Shown one piece after another: positions 11,972 through 24,006 of a stretch of DNA of 64,000 nucleotides. The notes beneath the pieces are model-generated. The model was not told the DNA's origin. It saw only the letters and a list, made by a program, of their open reading frames with translations, and searched no databases. Numbering within the stretch: the first letter of the stretch is position 1; the number at the start of each line of letters is the position of its first letter. The position numbers and the translations under genes were made by a program. This DNA comes from Eledone cirrhosa (taxonomy: Eukaryota): the NCBI GenBank assembly GCA_964016885.1, contig OZ024742.1, positions 252,836,001-252,900,000 on the forward strand, read 5' to 3'.

Positions 11972-12907
11972 ATAAATCTACCAAGAGTTTACGGTAGTGT
12001 CCAATCCGTATGAAGAACTCAATGTATTCCGGATATCATGGAAAGAAGAGATGTAATGAAAATCCACTTTCGGTGATAACACATATATGCCCTAGAAACG
12101 ATCGTTAAATAATGAACTTTTTTTGTTTAATATAAGGAATTGTTTGTTCATTATTTGTTTAATATTTTATATATATATATATATATATATAGACTCTAGT
12201 CTATTTCCATGTCAGTACTGGTAGAGTGAATGTCACTGATGAATGATTAATTAATCTTGAAACAGCACTGTCTGGCATTCTTGACTGCTACTGACACTCT
12301 GTGATATGTTCAAAGATAAAAATAGAGAAAAAATTTTTTTCTTTATGACAATTTTTTTTTAGAACTACGCTAACAATATGTTTATTGTATATAAAAATAT
12401 AATAGTATATGCTTTTATACACACACCTATTATGCTTAATTGCTGTAATAGCTGTAATAGTGCAACTGTTAATTAAATATACTTTAGAACACTGGCTTTT
12501 TAAATACATTTCTACAAATCATAGTATCAAAATGAACTTATAGTATGCTGTTCAAACAATATCAAGGTATAAATAAAGATATTAAATTATATCTAACATT
12601 AAAACAGTGTTTCAATAGTAGTTCACATAAAGTAAGAAATATGTGTTCCTTGTTTATTCACTCATCAGATAATTTAATCTATATATGTTTATATTTATAT
12701 TTCCTCTGTATTGCACTTTCCTGTAAGAAAATAGATAACCTTATATATGGAACATCATTATTACTTTCCTTTAGGCTATTGATATTATTTGAGATGATAC
12801 TTATATTATCCTCTTGGCACTAACCTAGATAGTGGTTACATGCAGTAGAGAAAAGCAGATTAAATTCGTGTGTGTCTGTGTGTGTGGGTGGGGGGGGGGG
12901 GGGGGGG

Positions 12908-12958
<51 letters not shown>

Positions 12959-13239
12959 TGTGTGTGTGCGTGTGCATGGGAGGGGACATATCTGTATGTG
13001 CACATATGAGTCAATGTGCTTTATGTGTATGTGTCTATGTATGTATATATTATGACTGTGACAAAAATAATTTTATATGCAAATTCTGTATGTGGATTAT
13101 ATTTTGAAAACAAAAATTGACCAAAATGTTGCATTTTATTTATCATGGTGCACCAGTGTTCCTGCCTTATGTCTATATATTTTTCTTCTTCTTCTTCTTC
13201 TTCTTCTTCTTCTTCTTCTTCTTCTTCTTCTTCTTCTTC

Positions 13240-13875
13240 TTCATCATCATCATCCTTTTCCATCTGTTTTTCTATGATTGCATGGTTTGGATGGGTCTTT
13301 TCCAGCAGTCTCCTTTCACTTGTTGCATTCCTTCATCATCACCTCTATGAAGTTCAGTGTTTTGTGATCCACTCTCACCACTTTTTCCCAGGTCATCTTT
13401 GACATTCCTTCATTACCGTTTTCTTCCACTAGCATTTTCTGGTACTTCTTCAACCAACAATCATCATCTATATGCATCACATGATTATACTAGTTCAGTC
13501 TTCTCTCTCTCTCTTGTACACTACATTTGATTCCTCTTATACCATGTTTTTTCTCTCAACTCATTCATGCTTCATGCTAGCATCACATACCTGTTAGAGC
13601 ATGCTTTTTTTCCTCTCTCTCCAGTTTTTGCATATCTTCTGTATTCACTGCTTATGTTCTACATCCATGCAACACCACACTTTGCATGCTTAATAGAATT
13701 GGCCTTTCATTTGCAGAGCGAAACCTTTCTTTTGTTAACAGAGATAGTAGCTCACTGAACTTTTTTCATCCTGTTCTTATTCTAACTACTTTGCTTTCAG
13801 AGCAACTTCCTCCAAACTTAATTAGGTCATCTAGGTAACAGAAGCTATAAACTACTTCTATGGATCCTTCCTGGA
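13240..13875 (-). mobile_element. Decayed RTE LINE 3' fragment
   Basis: Degenerate homology to the C-terminal ORF2 region of the young RTEs; (CAT)n/(CTT)n at the 3' end. Confidence 0.7.
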
Positions 13876-14135
13876 TTATTTCACTGGAACTCTTACTACT
13901 AAGATTATTCTCAGATTCCATCTAGAAACATACTGTATATTTTATTCAACAAATTCCAGTTGAATTATATTATGTTTGCAATAAAAAAAAGAAAAAAAAA
14001 AAGAGGAAAAAATTAAGTAGCGAAAGTAAGGGAAAGGAGGAGAGAGTGACAGTCTAAGTACTATTACAAAAAGAAAAAAAAAGAGAAAATTTAGTGTGCT
14101 CCACGGAAAAGACCACAAAAGCATTCCCGTGGACA

Positions 14136-14237
14136 ATGGCCAGCGACACCTGCTGCAACAGCAACCCCCAGCTCGCGGGGCTCTCTCCTCAGATGGGCCG
14201 TCGACGTTCCAATCTTGCAGAGGAGCTTAACTGTAAA
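14136..14237 (+). CDS. Putative first coding exon (MASDTCCNSNPQLAGLSPQMGRRRSNLAEELNCK), product unknown
   Basis: acaATGG Kozak context, 34 open codons, AAA|gtaagt phase-0 donor, locally GC/CpG-rich unique sequence. Confidence 0.5.
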
Positions 14238-14949
14238 GTAAGTACTATAGCTCAGTTGTACCTTGCAGACAAAAGAGTGAAGGTATTTCTGTAGAGAAAA
14301 GCCAGCATCACCCACTGCATTGGCTACTCCACCTCACAGGGCTCTTTTCTAAGGCGGGATGCCAATTTTGTGGAGAAAATGGCAGTTCAGAGACTGAAGA
14401 CACTAGAGGTCACAACAATGATAGGCACAAAAAGGAAGCAGTTGTTGAAGTTTTAGTATTTGAATATTCTATATTTAATTTGTTTGTTGTGATGATTTCA
14501 TATTTAAAACTTTCAAATTGAAATGTTGATAAAAGATATCCTAGTCCACAACAGCAAAGCTTGAAGCTTCAGTTTGTTACCTACCTGAAGCTGTATTGTT
14601 TAATGGATACATACATAGATGCTTGATTAAGATGTTTGCTTGGCAACTAAATTGTTCTGCATCTAATCCTATTGTAATGCATTACAGGTAAGTTCCTTCT
14701 ACTTTAGCTTTGGGTTAATTAATGCATTCATCATCATTTATCACCAATAGCAAGGGTCGGCTGAGTTATCACAAACCAAGTCAGTACTTAACCAAAGATA
14801 CTAACCTCACTGACAGGCCAGAGACCACATCTTGCTTACATATGTTCCTGCACTCTACTGAATATCCAGGGTGAATTTTATCATGATACCAGCACTAGGG
14901 ATGTTGTCCTGTCTTTGGAAACAACTGAAGTATTTTTCTCAACCCTTTG

Positions 14950-15150
14950 TTTGGCAAGTTTTTTCTGACTGGATGTGTTTCCTATTACCAACTACTTTAC
15001 AGAGTGTACTGGAAATGTTTTCTATGGCTGGATGTCCTTTCTATCACCAAGCACTTTACAGAATGTATTGGGAGCATTTTTATGGCTGGATACCCTTCCT
15101 TTCACCAAGCACTATATAGAGTGTACTATGGACGCTTTATTGTGCCACAA
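14950..15150 (-). repeat. Tandem triplication (~58 bp) of an RTE 3'-UTR module
   Basis: Three units of tttctatggctggatg...accaagcactttacagagtgtactgg. Confidence 0.8.
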
Positions 15151-15719
15151 ACACTAGAGAGGTTATCATGTCATTGCGAATGAAATTTCATGTGTTTGTT
15201 TATTTGTTTATTTGTGTGTATGTGTGTGTGATTTCCTACCTGTGGCAGTCTATGTCCACATCTGTATTTATTTTGTGTTTATGCTGTAACCCTTTATGTC
15301 CTGTACGTTAGCAGTTCGATAATAAAGTTCAATAAAAAAAAGTATTGGGTTGACATAATCAAATAAACCTTTGAATGTAATGCCGTAGCATGGCCACATC
15401 CCAGTGACTGAAGGAGGCCAGTAAAAAGTAAATAGTTTTACAATTCATACTAATAAATGGGAGGCAATTTGTTCCTAGCCCTTGAAGAGTGCTTATTGGT
15501 ATAGGAATAAAAGACTTGATGAGGTACTACTAAACAATTTTGTGTAACGACCCCACTAAAAAAATTCTTCTAAAGGTCTGATTTAATTGCTATTTGTGTA
15601 ATAAAATTAGATATCAAAACAAGAACAACTACAAGCATTTCAAGTCTATCTTCCTATCCAAAACCAAGGTTTGGCTTGTGTGGCCTCATGATAAGCTTCT
15701 CCATTTTGCCCCTCAACAA

Positions 15720-15870
15720 CTTTAATTTTCTCCCTCCATTATCTTTAGCCATGGTCTTCCTTTCCCTCTACTTTCTTCCACATTAATTTTTATCACTTCT
15801 CTTACCCAGTCACTCCCATCCTTCCTCAACACATGACCCAACCATCTCATTCCATTTCTCTTCCAAGCAT
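15720..15870 (-). mobile_element. Decayed RTE C-terminal fragment
   Basis: RNGMRWLGHVLRKDGSDWVREVIKINVEESRGKGRPW. Confidence 0.75.
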
Positions 15871-15894
15871 TCAGGAACGGTTCTATTCCCATGA

Positions 15895-16270
15895 TCATCA
15901 TCATCATCATCATTTCATTTTACGTCCGCTTTTTCCCTGCTTGCAAGGGTGGGACGGGAACTGATTCTGGCTCGATTTCTACAGCTGGATGCCCTTCCTA
16001 ACACCAACCTCATTTACAGTGAGTGGTGGCTGCTTTTTTTCCATAGCACCTGCACGACCACTTTGCAGTGTAGGCTGGGTGCTTTTTTGCCGTGGCACCT
16101 CCACGACCACTTTGCAGTGGAATGATAGGGACCCCAGTCCCTATCATCTCATTTCTACAGCTGAGTAAACTGGAGCAATGTGAAATAAAGTGTCTTGCTC
16201 AAGGTAACAACACATCACCCGGTCTGAGAATTGAACTCACAACCTTTCGATTGCAAGGCCAATGCTCTAA
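15895..16270 (-). mobile_element. Chimeric SINE with RTE tail (copy of the 10109 family)
   Basis: Near-identical reverse complement of 10128-10449 with one extra internal module; followed by a (GAT)n tract at 16270-16453. Confidence 0.9.
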
Positions 16271-16368
16271 TGATGATGATGATAATGATGATGACAATGA
16301 TGACAACAATGACAATAACGACGACGATGACGATGATGATGACGACGATGATGATGAGGATGATGATG

Positions 16369-16400
<32 letters not shown>

Positions 16401-16869
16401 GATGATGACGATGATGATGATGAGGATTATTATTATGAGGACGATGATTATTGATAATTTTAACATGAACATCTCATGTATATGATGTTTATATACATAT
16501 ACATATTATTTTGTTTTATGGGGACTTGACAAAATTCATATCTATAATACACCTACCATCAATATCTCTGATTAATGGATAATTTGGCATAAAATCAGAT
16601 CTGAGTTGTTCAGGTAAAAAAAAAAGTAAACAGTTGATGATGAAGTCTAATGAAATAGATATTTCAGAAATTGAAGATATAATAATTGAAAACAAAGAAC
16701 CATAAAGATTAGCAGCTGGCCAAGTCAACAAAATGCCAATTTATTCCCTGAAGAGTTAATAGTTCATGTTTCATTGCCACCTCTGTACTTTGAACTTGGC
16801 AAAGTCATTTAATATATAATGGTGTAAATAACTATTGTTGTTATCCCTCCATTGTCTCCGGTGATGAGT

Positions 16870-17132
16870 GCTCCAGCTGGTTCAATCAATGGTAGTGCCT
16901 GCTGAGCATTCCATACACATATGCATCCTTAACATAGTTCTCAGGGAAATTCTGTAGGACACAATATGTGACAAAATTGGCTCCTTGAATTGCAGGTACA
17001 ACTAATTTTTGCCTGCTGAGTGGACTGGGACAACAAGAAATAAAGTGCTTGCTCAAGGACACATTGCACTGTCCAGACTGTGAATTGAACTCACAAGCAT
17101 GAGCTGAATACCCTAACCACTAAGCTATGCCT
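16870..17132 (-). mobile_element. SINE family C
   Basis: Reverse complement of the family C copies. Confidence 0.75.
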
Positions 17133-17161
17133 TTTTGCAAATCAGAAATAATCATTAAGGG

Positions 17162-17358
17162 AAGTCGATTAGCAGAATTAAGTGATTGTTGGAAAACATG
17201 CTTTATGGCATATATTTTCTGAGTTCAAATCCCTCCTAGGTTAGCTTTGTTGTTCACCTTATGTGGTCAATAAAATAAAGTACTGGTATTGCACTGGAGT
17301 TGATTTAATCGATTTTCCCTTTCCCCTCAGATTGCTGGCCATGTGCCAGAAACAATCA
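17162..17358 (+). mobile_element. SINE family M, old
   Basis: ctgagttcaaatccc...aataaaataaagtactgg. Confidence 0.7.
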
Positions 17359-17634
17359 TTTATCTTATTGGTTTGGTGTGGAAGAAAGGGCTGTGTAGGT
17401 GTATAGCCTTCGCAATACCAATAAAAATGATGCCATTCACTTTCCATTTGAACAATTACATATCATTGGCAGCAAGAAAAATGCATGCGAAAAAGGAATT
17501 CCAGAAGGCCAATTTTCTGGGGAGGTAATACTGGGTGTAGTACTTAATGTAAGGTCAGGAGATTGGTGTGGCCGGACAAAATATGTATGATAGAAGGAGG
17601 AGTGACAAATGAGTTGGGAGTGCCTCACTCCACT

Positions 17635-18150
17635 TGATTTATTCCTTCATCATCTTGTCTGTGAGGTTCAGTGTTTTTAGATCCACTCTCACAACTTCTG
17701 CTCGGGTTTTGTTTTGGTGTTTCTCTACTGCGGCTTCCTTCCATTGGGAGTTTCTGGTACTTCTTTACCCAACAATCATCATCCATAAGCATCACATTGC
17801 CATACTAGTGCAGTCATTTCTCTTGTACACTACATTTGATTCCTCTTATACCCAGTTTCTCTTTCATCTCATCAATGTTTTGCCATTCATGTATATTCTC
17901 ATCATGCATCTATTGAAGTATGCTCATATCATTTCTCTCTAGCCTTTGCCTATCTTCTGCATTTACTGTCCATGATTTACTTCCATGCAACATTGCATTT
18001 CACATGTAGGCATCATACAGCCAGCCTTTCATGTGTAAAATAAATCTTTTGTATTCAACAGTAGTAGTTGCTACCTGAATTTTTTCCATCCTGTTTTTTT
18101 TTTAAATTTGATAGTGCAAGTTCCCTGTTATAGTTCTATGGATTCCTTTA
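17635..18150 (-). mobile_element. Decayed RTE LINE 3' fragment
   Basis: Homologous to 13240-13875 and 36645-37105. Confidence 0.7.
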
Positions 18151-18436
18151 TAAAAATTAAGCATTTGTCACTCTTTAAGCTGGGAAAGATTATTTTATTT
18201 CATGTTGAACGTTATTGCATTCGCACCATAAGTTTGGGAACTCTATAAAGGAAAGGAAAGATCCCCTAACTCCTGATATAGTCATAGGAGCACTGTCATG
18301 ACATATAGCATGTGTTGGGCATTTAAAACATGATGGAGCTCATTGCTCTTTGGGTTAGAACACAGTCGATTTCTTTCAGAGAAGAAGATAGAGGACAAGA
18401 GTAAATGATAAATATAGATAAAGGAAGAACCAACCT

Positions 18437-18585
18437 CAGTACTGAACTAGTACTTTATTTATCAACCTTGAAAGGATTAAAGGCAAAGTTGACCTTGCTG
18501 GGATTTGAAATCAGAATGCAGTGAACTGAAACAAGTAGTGAAGCATTTAATTTGACACCTTAACAACTTGCCAATTTGCTCCTCT
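18437..18585 (-). mobile_element. SINE family M, old
   Basis: tactttattttatcaacc...aaggcaaagttgacc. Confidence 0.7.
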
Positions 18586-18639
18586 CTCCAAAGAAAATAG
18601 CATCAATACATTCCAAAATACTATCTTTTATATAATTAT

Positions 18640-19285
18640 TATTTTCTCTGTTGTAAGATGGCCATTATAAGAGTTTGAGAAATTTGAATGAAGAAAATAT
18701 CAGAAAAAATTGCTTAAAGACTTTGATTGCATAATTGTGTGGCTGTGTTTCACCAGTCACAATGTTAAATCATTCATTTTCTACAATGAAAGAGTGTTAT
18801 TGTCTGATAATTCAAGGAAGAAATTTTACAAAAGCATCTTCTTTCCATTTATATAACAGCTCAAACATCATAAACTAACAATATACCAATATCCTGGAAT
18901 TTCTGTCAAATTATTCAAAACGTTTCTTCAATATGAAATTGATACTTTCTAGTTTGCCCAAGTATATTGAAACATATTGAATATGTTTGGCAGATCATTA
19001 AGTCAAAACTGGATTCAAGAATTTTTAATTGCAAGAAATCTTTGTGGTAGTTCATAAAGAGTGTTGAAAATTAGAACCTGCTTTGTGTTGAAGCTTGCCA
19101 ACAGTATAATTAAAAGGATTAAAAACTAGAAGATGATTATACCAGAAATATTGATTATAACATTTTGGTTATGAACAAGCATAAATTCTGCTTCTTAAAA
19201 TGTTAATATAAGAAATGCTTTGATTTCAGTGAAAATTCAAAAATAATGAAAATGAAATTTTATAAGTGCTCCTAATTTTCTAATC
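18640..19285 (+). mobile_element. Highly decayed Tc1-like transposase remnant
   Basis: NSSKHH and HIEYVWQIIKSKL resemble the Tc1 QDNAPKH and PIENVW motifs; many stops. Confidence 0.4.
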
Positions 19286-20110
19286 AAGGACAAAGTAAAA
19301 GATATATAATTTAAAGGTCTGTCAGTGGATTTGTTGCTTTTTGTTTGATCTCAAACTAGTGTTTATAGCAATATAATGTTTTACGTATGTGTGTATGTGT
19401 GTGTGTGTGTGTGTGTGTGCACATGCATATGTGTGCTCGTGCATATGTGTGTATGTATGTGTGTGTGTGCATGCATGTGTGTGTGTGTAAGTAAAAGTCA
19501 TAATTTTAAAATGTCAACCTCCAGCTAAGTGTGATCACAAAATAAAAAGACATTTACATTCTACTCATCCAGTAATGTAGTATGGCTGAATGGTTAAGAA
19601 GATTGTTTCACAATTATTAAGTCCTGAGTTCAATCCTATTGCATGGCATCTTGGGCAAGTATCATTTACCATAATGTTGAGTCAACCCAAAACATATGAG
19701 TGAAACTGAGTAAACAGAAACTGTATGGAAGCCTGTCAGATGGACTGTACCTTTAATTTAAGGGGGTATCCTTTTCACAAAGCTGACTGGACTGGAGCAA
19801 TGTGAAATAAAGTATCTTGCTCAAGAACACACTGCCAGGAATTGAACTTATGATGACATGATGGTGAATTAAATACCCTAGACATTAAGCTATGCATATA
19901 CACACATGGACAAACCTCTACATATGTGCATATGTGTGTGTATGCGTTAATAGTTTTTGATGCATGTATTCAAACTTCATAACATAGTGAGTGTTCCTTT
20001 CTTTCATTAGCACACCTATGTATATGTAAATATATAATACAGAGTCTTTATTTAGTCATGAAACTGATTCTGTGTGCATGTTCCAAGGCAGTCAAACAAT
20101 ATATAGTATA

Positions 20111-20573
20111 CTAGCAGTGGTACCCGGCGTTGCACGGGATAAGGTATTTTGGAACGCGGGCCGCCAACAGACCTAATCGTGGAAAAGCTGCATGCCTGGA
20201 CAATATGTAAAGAAAATAAACCGAATACTCTGATGGCTGGATAATCTTTAAGATTTTCCTCGATGAAGCAGGAAAAATGCAGATTTTCACCTAATGCGGG
20301 CGATCAAGAAAAGGAGATCAAGAAAATGAATTTTTTTTGTGTGCATAATATGCTTTGAAATTTCAGGAAAATCGGCTAGACGTAACGTCTCCAAAAAGCC
20401 CTAAAAAGCTGAAAAAATGAAGTTTTTCACATAGGCCATAAAAAAGTTGGATTTTCTTTGTTCACGGTATGAAGAAGAGACTGACTAATACATAGTTACA
20501 ATTTCAAGGAAATCGGTCTGACATAACGCCTCAAAAACATATAGACAGACATCCTCAGTTTTATATATATAGA
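20111..20573 (-). mobile_element. Non-autonomous Helitron
   Basis: Minus strand: A|TCTATATATATAAAA 5' end; subterminal hairpin CCCGtgcaacgcCGGG then CTAG|T 3' end; no TSD; internal ~120-bp sub-repeat. Confidence 0.85.
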
Positions 20574-20576
20574 TAT

Positions 20577-23040
20577 ATATCATCATCATCATCATCATCA
20601 CCGTTTTACGTCCGTTCTTCCACGCTAGCATGGGTTAGACGGGTTGTCCTGTTGTGGGCAGTGTCTGGTCGGCTGACCATGCCTTGCTCATACAGGAACT
20701 GATCTGGCTTGATTTCTACAGCTGGATGCCCTTCCTAACACCAACCTCATTTACAGTGAGTGCTGGGTGCTTTTTCGTGGCGCCTACACGTCCACTTTAC
20801 AGTGTGGGCTGGGTGCTTTTTTGCCGTGGCACCTCCACGACCACCTTGCGGTGGGGGGGGGGGCATATTGTTTATATGCTTCAGCATGTACCCATGGGAG
20901 GTCGGGTACCCTGTATTACTGCGTGACGCCAGAAGTCACGGTCGTGTGTCATTGACTTTGAGAGGTGTAGTTGGGTAAGGTCGGCTTTTATCACCTCATC
21001 CCAAGTCATCTTGGGTCTCCCCACTCCGCGGTTTCCATCAACTTCTAGTGCTCTGCACCTTTTTATGCAGCTGTCATCCTTCATACGCATCACATGTCCA
21101 TACCAGCGTAACCGCCTCTCCTGCACGCAGCATTTGATTCCTCTTATGCTCAGTCTCTCTCTCAATTCATTTATGCTTTGTCGTTCACGTATATTACTGT
21201 TACACATCCATCGGAGCATGCAGGCTTCGTTTCTCTCTAATCTACGTAAGTCTTCCACCTTCAGCGCCCAGGTCTCACTACCATGCAACATCGCTGTTCG
21301 GATACACGCATCATACAGTCTGCCTTTCATTCTGAGGGAGAAGCCTTTTGCAGCTAGCAGTGGTAGTAGTTCCCTAAACTTCTTCCATCCCGTTCTTACC
21401 CTAGTTATTGTACTTTCTGAGCACCCACCTCCGTTGCTAATTCGGTCACCTAGGTAGCAGAAGCTGTCTACTGTTTCTACAGGGCCCTCCCAGAGATTGG
21501 TGGTACTTGTTTCCTGTGGCTGTTTGCTTGCTGTTTCAGCACAGCTGCTGCATGTGAATCCTACATTCTTAATTAAGCTTCCTGAGATCCCGCTACATCT
21601 CTTGTGTACCCATTGTTTGCATTTGGGGCAAAGAATGGAGTTCCTACCTACACCTTTCCTACATACTGAGCAAGGCCATTTCCCTGAGGGGATCTGGGTT
21701 CTGTTTTCTCGTCTACTTATAAGGACCTTAGTCTTTGTCATGTTGACTTTGAGGCCCTTTCTCTCTAGTCCCTGCTTCCAGGTTTGGAATTTATTCTCTA
21801 GTTCTACCATAGATTCAGCTATGAGTGCGAGGTCATCAGCATACAGGAGTTCCCATGGGCATCCGGTCTTAAACTCCTCCGTTATTGCCTGCAGGACTAT
21901 GATGAACAGGAGAGGGCTAAGAACAGAGCCCTGGTGGACCCCAACCTGTACGCTAAATTCCTCGCTATACTCATTGCCAATCCTAACTTTGCTGACTGCT
22001 CCCCTATACATGGCTTGTACCGCTTTCACAAGCCATTCATCTACTCCTAGTTTTCTAAGAGCCCACCAGATTACTGCACGTGGAACTCTGTCAAAGGCTT
22101 TCTCAAGGTCGACAAATGCCAAGTAGAGTGGCTTACTTTTAGCTAGGTACTTTTCCTGTAATTGCCTCACAAGGAAGAGCGCATCAGTGGTGCCTTTCCC
22201 TGGAACAAACCCAAATTGCATCTCGTCTATATTCACCCGGTCCCTAATCAGCTGTGCTATAACTCTTTCTGTTACTTTCATGACCTGGTCCATCAACTTT
22301 ATACCTCTATAGTTTCCTCTATCTAGTGCATCGCCTTTACCTTTGTAGCAGTTGACAATGATGCTACTGCACCAATCTTTTGGTATGGCCCCCTCTAGTA
22401 TTACCTGGTTAACGATACGTGTGGTTATAGTGTGACCTACAGACCCAGATGCCTTCAGCATCTCGGCAGCTATACCCGATGGACCGGTTGCCTTCCCTAT
22501 CTTCATATCTCTGATTGCCTTACTTACTACGCTGCCGCTGACTTGTACTGCTGGTCCCTCTATAGGGTCTACGTGGGGTAGGGTCTCTTCTTCCCATGCA
22601 TTCTCCTCATTTAGTAATCTATCATAATGACTCTTCCATGCATCTTTCTTCTCAGCACTTGTGAGGGCAAGCTCACCTTTATCATTCCGGATACACTTCT
22701 CTCCAATGACATCACAACTATCTCTGACACACTGCCTCGCAATCTTGAATACCTCCTGTTTCTGGTCCTCACGTTGTAAAACATGCTTGAATTTTCTATC
22801 CTCTGCTTCCCTCCTAGCTAAGTATACTTGTCGCCTAGCTTCCCTCTTGGTCTCTATGTAATGTACCCTGCTCCCCCCGTTCTTCCATTCTTTCCATGCC
22901 TGTCTCTTGGCCTTGACTGCTTCATCTACCTTATTGTTCCACCACCAAGTCACTCTCCTCCTGCTTGAGGTCTTACTCCAGCCACAAACCTCATCCGTCG
23001 CCTCTAGTAAGTTATTTTTTAGGAACTCCCAGTTCTCTTC
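20577..23040 (-). mobile_element. RTE-clade LINE subfamily 1, 5'-truncated, young (copy A)
   Basis: Uninterrupted ORF2 segment, ~300-bp 3' UTR, (GAT)n tail, (TA)n at both junctions; no AP-endonuclease domain (truncated). Confidence 0.97.
20881..23040 (-). CDS. RTE ORF2 (partial): reverse transcriptase with embedded PHD-type zinc finger
   Basis: NYRGIKL, QFGF, FVDLEKAFD, GVHQGSVLSPLLF, LLYADD, FCYLG, RLRWYGHV; frame open to the truncation at 23040 (EENWEFL...), so there is no genuine start codon. Confidence 0.95.
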   Translation of the reverse strand, partial: EENWEFLKNNLLEATDEVCGWSKTSSRRRVTWWWNNKVDEAVKAKRQAWKEWKNGGSRVHYIETKREARRQVYLARREAEDRKFKHVLQREDQKQEVFKIARQCVRDSCDVIGEKCIRNDKGELALTSAEKKDAWKSHYDRLLNEENAWEEETLPHVDPIEGPAVQVSGSVVSKAIRDMKIGKATGPSGIAAEMLKASGSVGHTITTRIVNQVILEGAIPKDWCSSIIVNCYKGKGDALDRGNYRGIKLMDQVMKVTERVIAQLIRDRVNIDEMQFGFVPGKGTTDALFLVRQLQEKYLAKSKPLYLAFVDLEKAFDRVPRAVIWWALRKLGVDEWLVKAVQAMYRGAVSKVRIGNEYSEEFSVQVGVHQGSVLSPLLFIIVLQAITEEFKTGCPWELLYADDLALIAESMVELENKFQTWKQGLERKGLKVNMTKTKVLISRRENRTQIPSGKWPCSVCRKGVGRNSILCPKCKQWVHKRCSGISGSLIKNVGFTCSSCAETASKQPQETSTTNLWEGPVETVDSFCYLGDRISNGGGCSESTITRVRTGWKKFRELLPLLAAKGFSLRMKGRLYDACIRTAMLHGSETWALKVEDLRRLERNEACMLRWMCNSNIRERQSINELRERLSIRGIKCCVQERRLRWYGHVMRMKDDSCIKRCRALEVDGNRGVGRPKMTWDEVIKADLTQLHLSKSMTHDRDFWRHAVIQGTRPPMGTC

Positions 23041-23472
23041 ATATATATATATATATATGCGTGTGTTTCACGCATATATATATATATATATGCGTGTGTG
23101 TGTGTGTATATGTGTTATATATATATATGCATATATATAACACAAGTAGAAAGTAACTATAAGGTTATATCAAATACATACAAACACACATAACTGTAGA
23201 TAAACACGCACACACACACACACACATGCACACACACACATGTATATATTCCCAGTTCTCTTCATATATATATATATATATGCGTGTGTTTCACGCATAT
23301 ATATATATATATATGCGTGTGTGTGTGTGTATATGTGTTATATATATATATGCATATATATAACACAAGTAGAAAGTAACTATAAGGTTATATCAAATAC
23401 ATACAAACACACATAACTGTAGATAAACACGCACACACACACACACACATGCACACACACACATGTATATAT
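23027..23472. repeat. 223-bp tandem duplication spanning the LINE 5' junction
   Basis: 23027-23249 repeated at 23250-23472; each unit starts with tcccagttctcttc from the LINE. Confidence 0.9.
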
Positions 23473-23946
23473 TTTTTCTTTCTTATATATTTAAAAAGAT
23501 ATATATATAAGAAAAAATATAGAGTTACTTGAAGAGAAATTGTAATTGAGAAGATTTAAGCTTAAGGTATTTATATAGAAAAAATATATAGAGGAGACTT
23601 TTAAAAGGTAGAAGAAAGGTTGTAATTTTAACTCAGAGCATACAAAATAAATTAGGGAGCCAAAAATAAGTTCTCATATTTTAATCCTTATAATTGTTTC
23701 AATACAAAGCTTTTCTTCAATCACAGAACTAGGCAAATGTAATTGTAATAGTAATATCATTGATAATCTCTATAATAATATATTCTTATATTTGGGGAGG
23801 GTCATATTGTTATAATATTGCCAGAAATAATAATAAAACACACTCACTATTTGGTTTGGGCTGGTTTTTGCTTCCATATATTTTATATCCCTATAGTTAA
23901 TTTAGCTGGCAATCAATGTTTATCATTGATTGACCAACAGTTAAAA

Positions 23947-24006
<60 letters not shown>

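Noticed and set aside
16092-16485. Poly-Asp, poly-Met and poly-Ile ORFs
   Set aside because: SINE antisense plus (GAT)n microsatellite.
21011-22861. Plus-strand ORFs overlapping the LINE (also 62408-63523 and 25328-26485 minus)
   Set aside because: Antisense shadows of RT ORF2.
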